Below the pieces are notes generated by a model. The model did not search any database. It was given only the letters and a program-made list of their open reading frames with translations, and had not been told where the DNA came from. DNA of 55,676 nucleotides from an uncultured Oscillospiraceae bacterium (GTDB taxonomy: Bacteria; Bacillota; Clostridia; Oscillospirales; Oscillospiraceae): positions 1 to 55,676 of the forward strand of contig CALWOR010000001.1 in assembly GCA_944383205.1 (NCBI GenBank). The letters run 5' to 3'. Positions 45,414 through 55,433 of this stretch are shown in pieces. How positions within the stretch are numbered: the stretch's first letter is position 1; the number at the start of each line of letters is the position of its first letter. Position numbers and translations under genes: made by a program.

Positions 45414-47699
45414 ATGGATCCCAAACAATTTCAGCGCCGGGCGCTGGTCATGGTATTGCTGCTGGCCCTTATGCTTACCGGCATGGGGGCGACGCTCTAT
45501 GACCTGCAGATCAACAACGGCAAGGAATATTTTCGGCAGGCACAGAACAAAATTGCCGAGCAGGAGACCGTAGAGGCCGCCCGGGGTCAGGTTCTGGACC
45601 GGAATGGGCAGGTCCTGGTTTCCAACAAAGTGGTCTATCAGGTGTCTTTGGATACATCCTCCATGAAGGACGACCGAAACAGGATCCTTCTGGAGCTGAT
45701 GGAAATTTCCCGGGAGGAGGGAGTGGAGTGGGCGGACAATCTGCCTATTTCTAAGACAGCCCCCTTTACCTTTACTACGGATGACCCGTATTTTACAGTG
45801 TCTGTTGACGAGGAGGGAAACACGGTAAAATCCCTCACCCGACTGGGACGCTTGGCAGTGTACTATGAATGGATCGAAGATCCCACTGCCGAGCCCGAGG
45901 AGACAGAGGTGGATGAGCCTCAGGCGGAGGCGGAAATCGGCCTTTGGGACAAGATCAAGGCTTTCTTTTCCGGTGCTCCCACACAGACAGAGACGCAATC
46001 CCAGGAAGAGGAGCCTTACCAGCTTCCCAATGCCCAGGAGCTGCTGGGTAAGATGTGCGCCACATTTGAGATCCAGGGCGAGGGCGCCGTGGATGAGAAC
46101 TCCGGAGAGACTGTGCCCGTTTTGAACATTGGAGATTTGTCCACTCGGGAAGCCAGAGACCTGGCTGGTATTCTTTATGAGCTGAGCCTCCGCTCCAGCG
46201 GGGTATATCAAGCCAACGAATATGTTTTTGCCCAGGATGTAGACATTGACTTTATTACCCGGGTAAAGGAGAATTCTCTTACCGGCGTCGTGATTGAACC
46301 TACCACGGTGCGCCAGTATCACACCACCTACGCCGCCCATCTGCTGGGACAGGTGACCCCCATTTACCCGGAAGAGGTGGAATACTATACTTCTCTGGAC
46401 CTGGATGGAGACGGGGTTGCCGACTACTCCCTCAACGATACCGTAGGCAGAGGCGGCGTGGAGCAGGCCTTCGAGTCCTATCTCCGGGGCAGCTCCGGCG
46501 TAAGGACAGTGGAGCGGAACGCTTCCGGCAAGATCGTGTCGGAGACATGGCTGGAGGAGCCGGAGCCGGGAGACAATGTGGTGCTGACTCTGGACATCAA
46601 CCTCCAGGCCTATGTGGAAAACACCCTGGCCACGGCGATCCCTCAGATCGATGTGGAGGAGGCAGTGGGAGGCGGCGCCTGCGTCATTCTGGATGTGGAT
46701 ACCTCCGAGGTGCTGGCCTGTGCCTCCTATCCCACATTTGATCCGGCGAAGTACAATTCCAACTTCAATGAGTATGCTTCCGATCCGTTGGAGCCGCTGT
46801 TCAACCGAGCCCTTCAGGGCACTTTCGCTCCAGGTTCCACCTTTAAGATGGTCACCGCCATTGCCGGACTGGAGGAGGGAATCATCACCCCTACCACCGA
46901 GATCAAGGATGAGGGCATCTATAAATACTATTCCAGCCCTCAGCCAAAGTGCTGGATCTACAACACCAACGGGGGAAACCACGGCTCTATCAATGTGAGC
47001 GAGGCCATCGAGGTCTCCTGCAACTACTTCTTCTACGAGGTGGGCCGCCTGCTGGGCATTGACACCTTGGTGGATTATGCCACCCGTTTCGGCCTGGGAC
47101 AAAAAACCGGGCTGGAGCTTGCAGAGAGGCAGGGCGTCATGGCGAGCCCGGAGTACACCGAATCCATGGGGGGTACCTGGTACGAGGGGAGTGTGCTGTC
47201 TGTGGCCATTGGTCAGGAGAGCAGCCAGTTTACCCCCATCCAGCTGGCCAACTACATTGCCGCCCTGGTCAACGGAGGCTCCCGGAATGCCACTCACCTG
47301 CTCAAGGAGGTCAAATCCAGCGACTTCTCCCAGGTGCTGTATACCAAAGAGCCCGAGTTGCTCAGTACCATCGAGATTCAGGATGAAAATCTGGAAGCTG
47401 TCAAGGCCGGTATGCTGGCCCTGACCACCCAGGGTTCGGTCAGCCGTCATTTTACCGATCTGCCCTTCCAGGTGGGCGCTAAGACCGGCTCCGCCCAGGT
47501 GGACGGGCAGGTGGAGGCCAACGCTGTATTTGTGTGCTTCGCCCCCTACGATGATCCCGAGGTGGCCATGGCACTGGTGGTCCAGCGGGGAGGCAGCGGC
47601 TCTGAGCTGGGCGCGATGGCGGCCGATATTCTGTCCTATTATTTTTCCTCTCAGGAGACCCGGGACGAGGCGCCCACCGAGAATACCCTGGTGCGCTGA
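45414..47699 (+). CDS. mrdA: Class B penicillin-binding protein 2
   Basis: ARGQVLDRNG, GRGGVEQ, STFK (SxxK), SCN (SxN), KTG; located after mreCD. Confidence 0.9.
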   Translation: MDPKQFQRRALVMVLLLALMLTGMGATLYDLQINNGKEYFRQAQNKIAEQETVEAARGQVLDRNGQVLVSNKVVYQVSLDTSSMKDDRNRILLELMEISREEGVEWADNLPISKTAPFTFTTDDPYFTVSVDEEGNTVKSLTRLGRLAVYYEWIEDPTAEPEETEVDEPQAEAEIGLWDKIKAFFSGAPTQTETQSQEEEPYQLPNAQELLGKMCATFEIQGEGAVDENSGETVPVLNIGDLSTREARDLAGILYELSLRSSGVYQANEYVFAQDVDIDFITRVKENSLTGVVIEPTTVRQYHTTYAAHLLGQVTPIYPEEVEYYTSLDLDGDGVADYSLNDTVGRGGVEQAFESYLRGSSGVRTVERNASGKIVSETWLEEPEPGDNVVLTLDINLQAYVENTLATAIPQIDVEEAVGGGACVILDVDTSEVLACASYPTFDPAKYNSNFNEYASDPLEPLFNRALQGTFAPGSTFKMVTAIAGLEEGIITPTTEIKDEGIYKYYSSPQPKCWIYNTNGGNHGSINVSEAIEVSCNYFFYEVGRLLGIDTLVDYATRFGLGQKTGLELAERQGVMASPEYTESMGGTWYEGSVLSVAIGQESSQFTPIQLANYIAALVNGGSRNATHLLKEVKSSDFSQVLYTKEPELLSTIEIQDENLEAVKAGMLALTTQGSVSRHFTDLPFQVGAKTGSAQVDGQVEANAVFVCFAPYDDPEVAMALVVQRGGSGSELGAMAADILSYYFSSQETRDEAPTENTLVR

Positions 47700-47749
47700 A
47701 CTCCGTTTTCTCATACAATGGTAATATAAGTAAGGAGATGTTCCTAATT

Positions 47750-48562
47750 ATGTCTGAAAACTGTACCCACGACTGCTCCAGCTGCAGCGCCGACTGCTCC
47801 TCCCGGGACATGCGAGTCCCCGCGAATGCTATGTCCAGCGTCAAACGGGTCATTGCCGTGGTCAGCGGCAAGGGCGGTGTCGGCAAGAGCACAGTTACCG
47901 CCTCCTTGGCCGTAGCCATGGCAAAGAAGGGCCGCAAGGTGGCCATTCTGGATGCTGATATTACCGGGCCGTCTATCCCTACCGCATTCGGTATCCATCA
48001 GAAAGCCACTGGCACCGATGCCGGTATTGATCCAGCCGTCACCGCCGGAGGGATCAAGCTTATGTCTCTCAATCTGCTTACCGCCAACGAGACCGATCCT
48101 GTCATTTGGCGCGGCCCCGTCATTGCCGGCGTGGTCACCCAGTTCTGGCAGGAGGTGGTCTGGGGGGATGTGGACTATATGTTTGTGGACATGCCTCCGG
48201 GAACCGGAGATGTGCCCCTTACGGTGTTCCAGTCTCTCCCGGTAGATGGGGTTATTGTGGTCACCTCTCCCCAGGACTTGGTGTCCATGATCGTCACCAA
48301 GGCGGTGAACATGGCCAAGATGATGAGCATCCCCGTGCTGGGCCTGGTAGAAAATTATAGCTACTTCCAGTGCCCCGACTGCGGCAAGCGCCATGCTATC
48401 TTCGGGGAGAGCCACCTGGATCAGGTCGCTCTGGAGCTGGGGATCCCGGTGCTGGCCAAGCTGCCCATTGACCCCTCTCTGGCTGCCGCCTTTGATGCGG
48501 GCCAGATCGAGTCCGCCCCCGCCAACTATATGGAAGACCTGGCTGCCCGGCTGGATGGCTGA
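47750..48562 (+). CDS. Mrp/NBP35 (ApbC) Fe-S carrier ATPase
   Basis: N-terminal CTHDCSSCSADC, SGKGGVGKST, DMPPGTGD, ENYSYFQCPDC. Confidence 0.93.
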   Translation: MSENCTHDCSSCSADCSSRDMRVPANAMSSVKRVIAVVSGKGGVGKSTVTASLAVAMAKKGRKVAILDADITGPSIPTAFGIHQKATGTDAGIDPAVTAGGIKLMSLNLLTANETDPVIWRGPVIAGVVTQFWQEVVWGDVDYMFVDMPPGTGDVPLTVFQSLPVDGVIVVTSPQDLVSMIVTKAVNMAKMMSIPVLGLVENYSYFQCPDCGKRHAIFGESHLDQVALELGIPVLAKLPIDPSLAAAFDAGQIESAPANYMEDLAARLDG

Positions 48563-48601
48563 CGGGAAAGGACTGTGCAGCGTACGATTTAACGAAATAT
48601 G

Positions 48602-48648
48602 AAAAAGCCGGCGAGCACTGCCTGATGACAGTGCTCGCCGGCCTTTTT
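48602..48648. terminator. Bidirectional terminator
   Basis: GCCGGCGAGCACTG / CAGTGCTCGCCGGC with A and T tracts. Confidence 0.9.
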
Positions 48649-48694
48649 AAAATTGAAACATAAAACCTTCAGAAAAGCGGGATGCCGGAAAAGG

Positions 48695-48934
48695 TCATTC
48701 CACTCCCAGCGTCTGAATGAGGAGGTTGCGAAGGGAAATGGCACTTTGCCGGTTCATGACAATGGAGGCCACAGGGTCGGCAGCAGGGGTGGAAACGGTC
48801 TCCATCCCTTTGGAAGTAAAGGTGATGGCATTCTCCATATATTTATAGGCAATGTCCAAAGTGACCTCTAAAAGCTCCCCCTCCTTGTCGGAGACCTTGC
48901 GGATGCCGAAAGAATTAGCGTACTCAGGTTTCAT
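48695..48934 (-). CDS. Small hypothetical protein (79 aa)
   Basis: RBS AAAGGAG; last gene of the nudix-epimerase unit. Confidence 0.75.
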   Translation of the reverse strand: MKPEYANSFGIRKVSDKEGELLEVTLDIAYKYMENAITFTSKGMETVSTPAADPVASIVMNRQSAISLRNLLIQTLGVE

Positions 48935-48949
48935 GATATAAGCTCCTTT

Positions 48950-49828
48950 TCAATAAATGATCGTGGTGTAGGAGAGCGTCTCGCTCTCTCCCGGCGCCAG
49001 ATGGCGGATACCGGGCTTGTCCCCCAGCTCACGGCCCATAAAAGTGCCGTCTGGGAGGGTGGACCAGGGTTCAATGCACACATAGCCTGTGTCAAAGGGC
49101 TTGTTTTGAGTCCAGATGCCCAGATAAGGGAAATCGGAGAAGGAGAGGCTGACTCTGGGATTGCCTTGAAAATCGTACAGAATTGCCTGGGCCTGGGGCG
49201 GGGCGTCCAAAATCATGGTGTCCAGACCGAAAACGGCGGGGGTAAGGGGAAGAGAAGACTGAAGCAAAGGAATGGGATCTCCCTTTGGGGTGAGCATGAG
49301 GTTTTCATCCATGCCATAAAAGCGGACGCTGTCCAATCCGGGGAGTCGGATCGAGTAGTCGGCCATGGTGATGCCGTCTCCCGTGGGGACCCGAAAGCCA
49401 TCATGAGCGCCCAGCTCATAAAGCATATCCACTTGTGAACGATTGGAGACCCGATGAGTCTTGGTGAGATGATTTCCCTCCAGAGTGTAGGTTACCTCCA
49501 GAGAAAAGGAAAAGGGGAAGACCCGTCTGGTTTCGGGGGTATCATTGAGTTCAAAGGTGAGGCTGCTATCCGCCTGGCGGATAACGGCAAACTCCATGTC
49601 ACGGGCAAAACCATGGGTGGAAATGGTGTAGGGAGTACCGTCCAGCAAATAAGTGCTGTCCTTCAGACGCCCAATAAAGGGGAAGAGAATGGGAGCACGG
49701 CGGGCCCAGATGTCCGGGTCGCCCTGCCACAGGTACTCCGTGCCGTCAGGAGTACGGACAGAGGCGAGCTGAGCACCCATGGAGTCGATGTCAACGGTGA
49801 GTGCGTCGTTGCGGATGGTGAAAATCAT
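48950..49828 (-). CDS. Aldose 1-epimerase family protein (LacX-like)
   Basis: EYLWQGD, APILFPFIGRL, HGFARD, GAH, YLGIWT, VCIEPW. Confidence 0.92.
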   Translation of the reverse strand: MIFTIRNDALTVDIDSMGAQLASVRTPDGTEYLWQGDPDIWARRAPILFPFIGRLKDSTYLLDGTPYTISTHGFARDMEFAVIRQADSSLTFELNDTPETRRVFPFSFSLEVTYTLEGNHLTKTHRVSNRSQVDMLYELGAHDGFRVPTGDGITMADYSIRLPGLDSVRFYGMDENLMLTPKGDPIPLLQSSLPLTPAVFGLDTMILDAPPQAQAILYDFQGNPRVSLSFSDFPYLGIWTQNKPFDTGYVCIEPWSTLPDGTFMGRELGDKPGIRHLAPGESETLSYTTIIY

Positions 49829-50316
49829 AGTTGGGGGCCTCCTTTCAAATGAGTGCCATTGAGAACAGCTTCCGCAAGATGATCTCCTTCATAGCGCAGC
49901 TTCAGAGAGAAAAATGGGGTGTCGTCATTGTGGATGAGCTCCAGAAAAATGGCGTCGCCCTCCCAGTGGGGAATTTCCAGCAATCGGTGATAGGGGAGCC
50001 ACTCCAGTACCCCCTCGTCACAGTCCTTCAATGTTCCGGTAAATTGGTCGGCGGTAAACAGGTGCATATACTCCGTGGGCCACTGATCAGAGACAAAGGT
50101 GACCAGACCGCGGTAGCGGTAGCTGGTAAGCGTGAGACCTGTCTCCTCCAGGGCCTCCCGCAGCAGACAGTCCTCGGGGCTCTCTTTATCCTCAAATTTT
50201 CCGCCAATGCCGATCCATTTATCCTGATTCAGGTCATTTTTCTTTTTGATTCGATGGAGCATCAGGTATTCCTCACCCCGACGGACATAACACAAGGTGG
50301 TGTTGATCACAGACAT
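49825..50316 (-). CDS. Nudix hydrolase, MutX/MutT-like 8-oxo-dGTPase
   Basis: TTLCY, KWIGIGGKFEDKESPEDCLLREALEETGL (Nudix box), CDEGVLEW. Confidence 0.92.
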   Translation of the reverse strand: MSVINTTLCYVRRGEEYLMLHRIKKKNDLNQDKWIGIGGKFEDKESPEDCLLREALEETGLTLTSYRYRGLVTFVSDQWPTEYMHLFTADQFTGTLKDCDEGVLEWLPYHRLLEIPHWEGDAIFLELIHNDDTPFFSLKLRYEGDHLAEAVLNGTHLKGGPQL

Positions 50317-50368
50317 TCCCCCTTTTTAGGAAGTATAGCATGCCTGCCCCTTTGGGGCAATGAGAAAA

Positions 50369-50402
50369 TAAAAGCGGCACAGGGGCTGCCTGCGCCGCAA
50401 AA
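50369..50402 (-). terminator. Terminator after htrA
   Basis: Minus strand GCGGCGCAGG / CCTGTGCCGC followed by TTTT. Confidence 0.75.
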
Positions 50403-50403
50403 T

Positions 50404-51660
50404 TCAGGAGTATAAATCCTCATCCATAAGCGTTACCTGTATGGTGTGGGAGGTACCCTCCCGCAGATAGGTCAGTTCCACCACATCCCCGGGGCCCAGG
50501 GACTGCTTCAGGCGAATAAGGTCCTGGGTGCTGGTAATGGCCGTCCCATTGGCGGATACCAGGATATCTTCAGGACGGAGACCCTTGGCATAGGCATCAC
50601 TGGAGGGATCCACCTCCAGAAGCTCCAGCCCACCCTCCGGGAGCTGAACGATGGAGACGGTAAAGCCAAATACGGCATTGCGGATCTCCTCCCCGGAGAT
50701 GAACTGATCCACCACATATTTGACCCGGGTGGAAGGAATGGCAAAGCCAAGAGATTCAGCGGAACCGTCGTTGGCGATGATCTTGATGGTATTGATGCCC
50801 ACCACCTGACCATATTGGTTGAGAAGCGGGCCGCCGGAGTTACCGAAGTTAATGGCGGCGCTGGTCTGAATGAGCACCATAGTGGAGCCGTCATCCATAA
50901 CCATCTCCCGGTCCAGAGCTGAGATGATTCCATCGGTAAAGGTTCCGCGATACCCCAGTGAGTCTCCCAAGGCGGATACGGGATCTCCGCAGATCAGCAT
51001 ATTGGAGTCTCCAAATTCTGCGGGAGTAAGACCGGATACATCAATTTTCAGAACGGCCAGATCCTCCCGGGCGTCAAAGCCCACAAGGCTGGCGGGGAAA
51101 ATCCGGTTGTCGTACAGCTGGACCTGAACCTGGTCGGCGCCGGCTACAACATGGGCATTGGTAAGCAGATATCCATCCTCGGTAAAGATAACGCCGCTGC
51201 CGGAACTGAAGTAGAGGTCGGAGGAGGCCTCGATGGAGACCAGGGATACGATGGCCTTGTCATGGACCTGAGAGAGGCTTAGCGCCTCCTCATGGGATTG
51301 ATGCAGCGTGAGCGCGGCATCTGTGCTGATTTCTGCCCGAGGAATAGAGGGGGGCTGTGTGCTGGTCACAGTATCTTCTCCGTAAGGGTCATCTTCATAA
51401 GAAAACTTGGGGTCAGAAAAGAGACCGGAGGGAGAAAACTGGGTATCCAGAAAGATGGTAAGCGCGCAGAAGGCAAGGACCAGAAGGACCAGTCCTACCA
51501 GCCAGGGCCAGCGGAAACGCCTGTGCCGGGTGCGAAGGGTGGGATGGGGCGGCCGGAGGCTTCCTTCCGGAATATGGACAGCCGGAGGCGTGGGGAAAAC
51601 ATGGGAGGGCTGTTCCCAGGGGCCGCCCTGCCACAGATCCTGTTGATTGTTATGGTCCAT
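50404..51660 (-). CDS. htrA: HtrA/DegP-family serine protease with PDZ domain
   Basis: TM helix, GSGVI, LTNAHVV, DLAVLK, GNSGGPL, C-terminal PDZ; start after GGAGG. Confidence 0.92.
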   Translation of the reverse strand: MDHNNQQDLWQGGPWEQPSHVFPTPPAVHIPEGSLRPPHPTLRTRHRRFRWPWLVGLVLLVLAFCALTIFLDTQFSPSGLFSDPKFSYEDDPYGEDTVTSTQPPSIPRAEISTDAALTLHQSHEEALSLSQVHDKAIVSLVSIEASSDLYFSSGSGVIFTEDGYLLTNAHVVAGADQVQVQLYDNRIFPASLVGFDAREDLAVLKIDVSGLTPAEFGDSNMLICGDPVSALGDSLGYRGTFTDGIISALDREMVMDDGSTMVLIQTSAAINFGNSGGPLLNQYGQVVGINTIKIIANDGSAESLGFAIPSTRVKYVVDQFISGEEIRNAVFGFTVSIVQLPEGGLELLEVDPSSDAYAKGLRPEDILVSANGTAITSTQDLIRLKQSLGPGDVVELTYLREGTSHTIQVTLMDEDLYS

Positions 51661-51784
51661 AAACTTCCTCCCCCGGCTTATAATGGAAGGCACAATGTTT
51701 TGACATATGCCAAAGCGCTCGCTTCCTGGGGTGTGCCCCGGCGGGACAGACTTCCAAAAAGGTAATGGGACAGCTCCGGCAGAT

Positions 51785-53221
51785 TTATGCCAGTGTCAAG
51801 GTAAAGGTGAATTGAGTCACACCGTCCTCGCTGGTGACGGAGATGGTTTCTTTCAGGTTGCCCAAAATAGTCTTCACAATGTACAGGCCAAGGCCCACCC
51901 CTTCCCGGTCCATGGAGCGGGAGTAGTCCGCCTTGTGGAACCGGTCGAAAATCAGGGGAAGCTCGTCGGGAGGAATGGTAGCGCCCAGGTTTTTAATGGT
52001 GGTGACGGCTTTCCCATCCTTCTTGGTGATCTGGACCGTGATTGCGGTGCCGGGAGCGGCAAATTTTGCCGCGTTGTCCAGCAGGTTATAGCATACCTGG
52101 GTGACAGAATCGGGGTCGCCCCATACCATCAGCTTTTCCTCCGGCATGTGGACCTCCACATCCAGATTTCGGGCGGTGATTTTGCTCTCCAGGCTGATAA
52201 GGACCTGAGACATGGTCTCGGTAAGATCAAAGGTTTCCTGGGCGGTAATGGAATTTTCCGACAGAGCGTTAAGCCGGGACAGATCCAGCATTCTGCGTAC
52301 CAGCCGGGAGAGACGGCGGGTCTCGGATACCACGATCTGCAGGGACTCCTTCTCACGCTCGGGGGGGATGGTGCCGTCGAGAATGCCCTCGGCAAAACCG
52401 GAGATGGTAGTCATGGGAGTTTTCAGCTCGTGGGAGATGTTGGCAATAAACTCCGAACGCTGGCTTTCCACCTTTTCCAGGGAATTGGCCATAGCATTGA
52501 AGGCTTCGGCCAGGGTGCTGATCTCGTCGCAGCGCCCCTCGTAGCTTGTGACCCGCACATCGAATTCGCCCTGTCCGAATTTCCTGGCCGCTTCAGCCAT
52601 CTCGTTGAGGGGACGGGCCTGGTGGGCGGAGGTGATGGTACTGGCTACCACGGAAATGAGCAGTACCACCACTGCAGAGAAGAAAAAGATTGTTGCGGTG
52701 GCCGACCACATCTGAGACAGATTGGAGGCGTCGGCGGAAACCAGGACAAGCCCCTGATTCACAGTCTGCCCCAACAGGGTGACGGTAATCGGCAGACCTG
52801 CGGTATACCGGCGCTCGGGATAAATCCCCTCCAGATTGGTCAGGCCCGCGTAATTTCCGTGGCGCAGGACCTGAGTGGTCACAGAGGAGGGGAGAGAAGC
52901 GTTTTGGTAGTCATAGATTTTGCTTCCGTCCGTGGCATACAAAATCTCGCCGTCCGGACCGGCTACGATGACGAAGGAATCGGAGATCAGCGCAATATTG
53001 GCCACATAGTTGCTGTACAGATCGTCTTGAATATCCCGGTATTCCTGGTAATAGAGGGAGGTAAATCCGGCGATGTAACCGGCGTTGCGCTCCATGGAGT
53101 CCCGCTTCTCGGAGATGATATAGCGATAGGACAGGAGCATAAAGGCGGCGGACAGCAGGGTAAAGGATAAGATCATGATGCCTACCATCATGGTCAACTG
53201 GCGCTTGTAAAGGGACCGCAC
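51785..53221 (-). CDS. HAMP-domain sensor histidine kinase
   Basis: Two TM helices, HAMP, ANISHELKTPMT, NLLDNAAKF, FDRFHK, GVGLGL. Confidence 0.96.
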   Translation of the reverse strand: MRSLYKRQLTMMVGIMILSFTLLSAAFMLLSYRYIISEKRDSMERNAGYIAGFTSLYYQEYRDIQDDLYSNYVANIALISDSFVIVAGPDGEILYATDGSKIYDYQNASLPSSVTTQVLRHGNYAGLTNLEGIYPERRYTAGLPITVTLLGQTVNQGLVLVSADASNLSQMWSATATIFFFSAVVVLLISVVASTITSAHQARPLNEMAEAARKFGQGEFDVRVTSYEGRCDEISTLAEAFNAMANSLEKVESQRSEFIANISHELKTPMTTISGFAEGILDGTIPPEREKESLQIVVSETRRLSRLVRRMLDLSRLNALSENSITAQETFDLTETMSQVLISLESKITARNLDVEVHMPEEKLMVWGDPDSVTQVCYNLLDNAAKFAAPGTAITVQITKKDGKAVTTIKNLGATIPPDELPLIFDRFHKADYSRSMDREGVGLGLYIVKTILGNLKETISVTSEDGVTQFTFTLTLA

Positions 53222-53257
53222 AAAGCCTCACCTCCTTATAAAAAGCGTGGAAACAGA

Positions 53258-53950
53258 TTACGAGGCAGGTCCTACCTCAAATTTATAGCCTACGCCCCAG
53301 ACGGTTTTCAGCCGCCACTGGTCGCTGACATTCTCCAGCTTTTCCCGCAGACGCTTGATGTGTACATCCACGGTCCGGCTGTCGCCAAAATAGTCAAAGC
53401 CCCAGACTTCATCCAGAAGCTGATTGCGGGTAAACACCCGGTTGGGAGAAGAAGCCAGATGGAACAGCAGCTCCAACTCCTTGGGAGGGGTATCCACACG
53501 CTGGTTATCCACCAGAAGCTCATAGGAGTCAAGGTTGATAACCAATTTGTCAAAGGAGAGCTTTTTCTCTCCAGGCTCTTCCTCGGCTCCGCTTCTGCGC
53601 AGCACAGCATGGATGCGGGCCAGGACTTCTTTCATCTCAAAGGGCTTGACGATATAGTCGTCAGCACCCTGCTCCAGACCGGCCACCTTGTCCTCGGTCT
53701 GGCCCTTGGCGGTGAGCATGATGACGGGAGTTTTATATGTTTCCCTGATTTTTTTCAGTACCGACCATCCATCCATAATAGGCAGCATGATGTCCAGCAG
53801 AACAAGATCAGGCTGGAAGGAGCGAAACAGCTCTACACCACGGCCGCCGTCCTTGGCGACCTGGGTTTCAAAGCCTTCTTTTTCCAGATAGAGGTGCAGA
53901 AGCTCCGCGATGTTTCCGTCATCTTCTACGATAAGAACCTTTTTGGGCAT
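53258..53950 (-). CDS. OmpR/PhoB-family response regulator (ResD/SrrA-like)
   Basis: VEDD, LDIMLP, MLTAK, GADDYIVKPF, SRTVDVHIKRLREKL, TVWGVGYKF. Confidence 0.96.
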   Translation of the reverse strand: MPKKVLIVEDDGNIAELLHLYLEKEGFETQVAKDGGRGVELFRSFQPDLVLLDIMLPIMDGWSVLKKIRETYKTPVIMLTAKGQTEDKVAGLEQGADDYIVKPFEMKEVLARIHAVLRRSGAEEEPGEKKLSFDKLVINLDSYELLVDNQRVDTPPKELELLFHLASSPNRVFTRNQLLDEVWGFDYFGDSRTVDVHIKRLREKLENVSDQWRLKTVWGVGYKFEVGPAS

Positions 53951-53987
53951 AAGTGTCACCCCATTTATTAAGTAATTCTATCTATTT

Positions 53988-54029
53988 ATTATACCGCAAT
54001 TTGATAAGCTTGGGTGAATAATTTGTGAA
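53988..54029 (-). promoter_or_regulatory. Response regulator promoter with putative autoregulatory box
   Basis: TTCACA-N5-TTCACC, with TATAAT starting 25 bp after the start of the second half-site. Confidence 0.65.
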
Positions 54030-55226
54030 TTACAGGGAGGAAGCAGCCTTGGAATCGCCGCCGCGGCCATCCACATAGGAGTGATCGACCTGGATGACTG
54101 CGTAATACCGGGGGGAGAGGGCGCGGATGGACTGAGACAGAGCATCCCGGACCTGGGTGTCGGAGAGGCGGAACCCATAGGGAACCACTACATCAAAGAT
54201 GATGTTGGTATGTCTGGGACCGGCGGTAATCCGGAAATCGTGGATGGAGAGGACTGGATCCAGCTCTTGGGCCAACCCCTCTATCTGAGTGCGCAGAGCC
54301 GAGGTGCGCTCGTCACATACGATGGGATCCATGTGGATGACGGTCTCGATATGATGCTTGGCTTTCAACTCCCGCTCAATATGGTCAATGATGTCGTGGA
54401 TCTCCAGAAGATCTCCGTCGGCGGGGACCTCCGCATGAAAGGACATCATAGCCCGGCCGGGGCCGTAGTCGTGATAGACCAGGTCGTGGATTCCAAGAAT
54501 GTGGTTGTGCCCCAACACAAGTTTATCAATGTCGGCGGCCAATTCCGGATCCATGGGGCGGCCGAGAAGGGGGTCCAGAGTATCCCGGGCGGCGTCCCAG
54601 CCGGTTTTTAAAATAAATGCACAGACCAGCAGACCGGCCAGGCCGTCCACCTGAAGATGGAAGAAGTGACTGAGCAGGGTGGACAGAAGAACCACGCCGG
54701 TGGAAAGCATATCGGAAAGGGAGTCGGCAGCGGTGGCCTCCATGGCTGCGGAGCCGATATGTCGGCCCAGAGCGCGGTTAAACCAGAACATCCAGAATTT
54801 TACCAGAATGGCTGCACACAAAATGGCCACAGCCAGGGGAGAAAACTGGGGCTCCGAGCTATGAAGCAGAGAGTCTACCGCAGAGCGGCCTACCTCTACG
54901 CCCATCAAAAGGATGGCCAGAGAGACAATGAGACCGGCCACATACTCGATCCGGCCATGGCCGAAGGGGTGGTCGGCGTCGGCCTCCTGGCCGGCCAGCC
55001 GAAAGCCGATCAAGGTGACCACGGAGGTGGCGGCGTCGGACAGGTTGTTCAAACCGTCGGCAGTCATAGCCACCGATGCGGTAAGAAGTCCGGCCAGCAG
55101 CTTGCTTACAGACAGCAGCAGGTTAAGCAGGATGCCCATGCCCCCGGCAATGGTGCCGCAGCGGCGGCGGGCCTGAGGCGACTGAGGATCCTCTCCACGA
55201 AGGCAGAGCTGAAAAATGAAATTCAC
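54030..55226 (-). CDS. Cation diffusion facilitator (CDF) transporter
   Basis: ADGLNNLSD, DADHPFGHGRIEY, DSLSD, HDLVYHDYG, IHMDP; GTG 55226 after GAGGTG (alternative start 55238). Confidence 0.93.
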   Translation of the reverse strand: MNFIFQLCLRGEDPQSPQARRRCGTIAGGMGILLNLLLSVSKLLAGLLTASVAMTADGLNNLSDAATSVVTLIGFRLAGQEADADHPFGHGRIEYVAGLIVSLAILLMGVEVGRSAVDSLLHSSEPQFSPLAVAILCAAILVKFWMFWFNRALGRHIGSAAMEATAADSLSDMLSTGVVLLSTLLSHFFHLQVDGLAGLLVCAFILKTGWDAARDTLDPLLGRPMDPELAADIDKLVLGHNHILGIHDLVYHDYGPGRAMMSFHAEVPADGDLLEIHDIIDHIERELKAKHHIETVIHMDPIVCDERTSALRTQIEGLAQELDPVLSIHDFRITAGPRHTNIIFDVVVPYGFRLSDTQVRDALSQSIRALSPRYYAVIQVDHSYVDGRGGDSKAASSL

Positions 55227-55433
55227 GAAAAGATACACCTCACAACAGCAGATTCAGCCAAAACAGATGCTCTGATCTTGGCTGATATTTTCGGATTCCC
55301 GGGGTCCTCCCGGCATAACAATCCCTGAGGAAACAGAACGATACAAAAGGACTTGGGGAAAAGAATTAACCATTATTATGGCACGGCAGCCCTGCACAAG
55401 TCAAGAAAGAATGTACAGTGCCAGGGAGGAACA

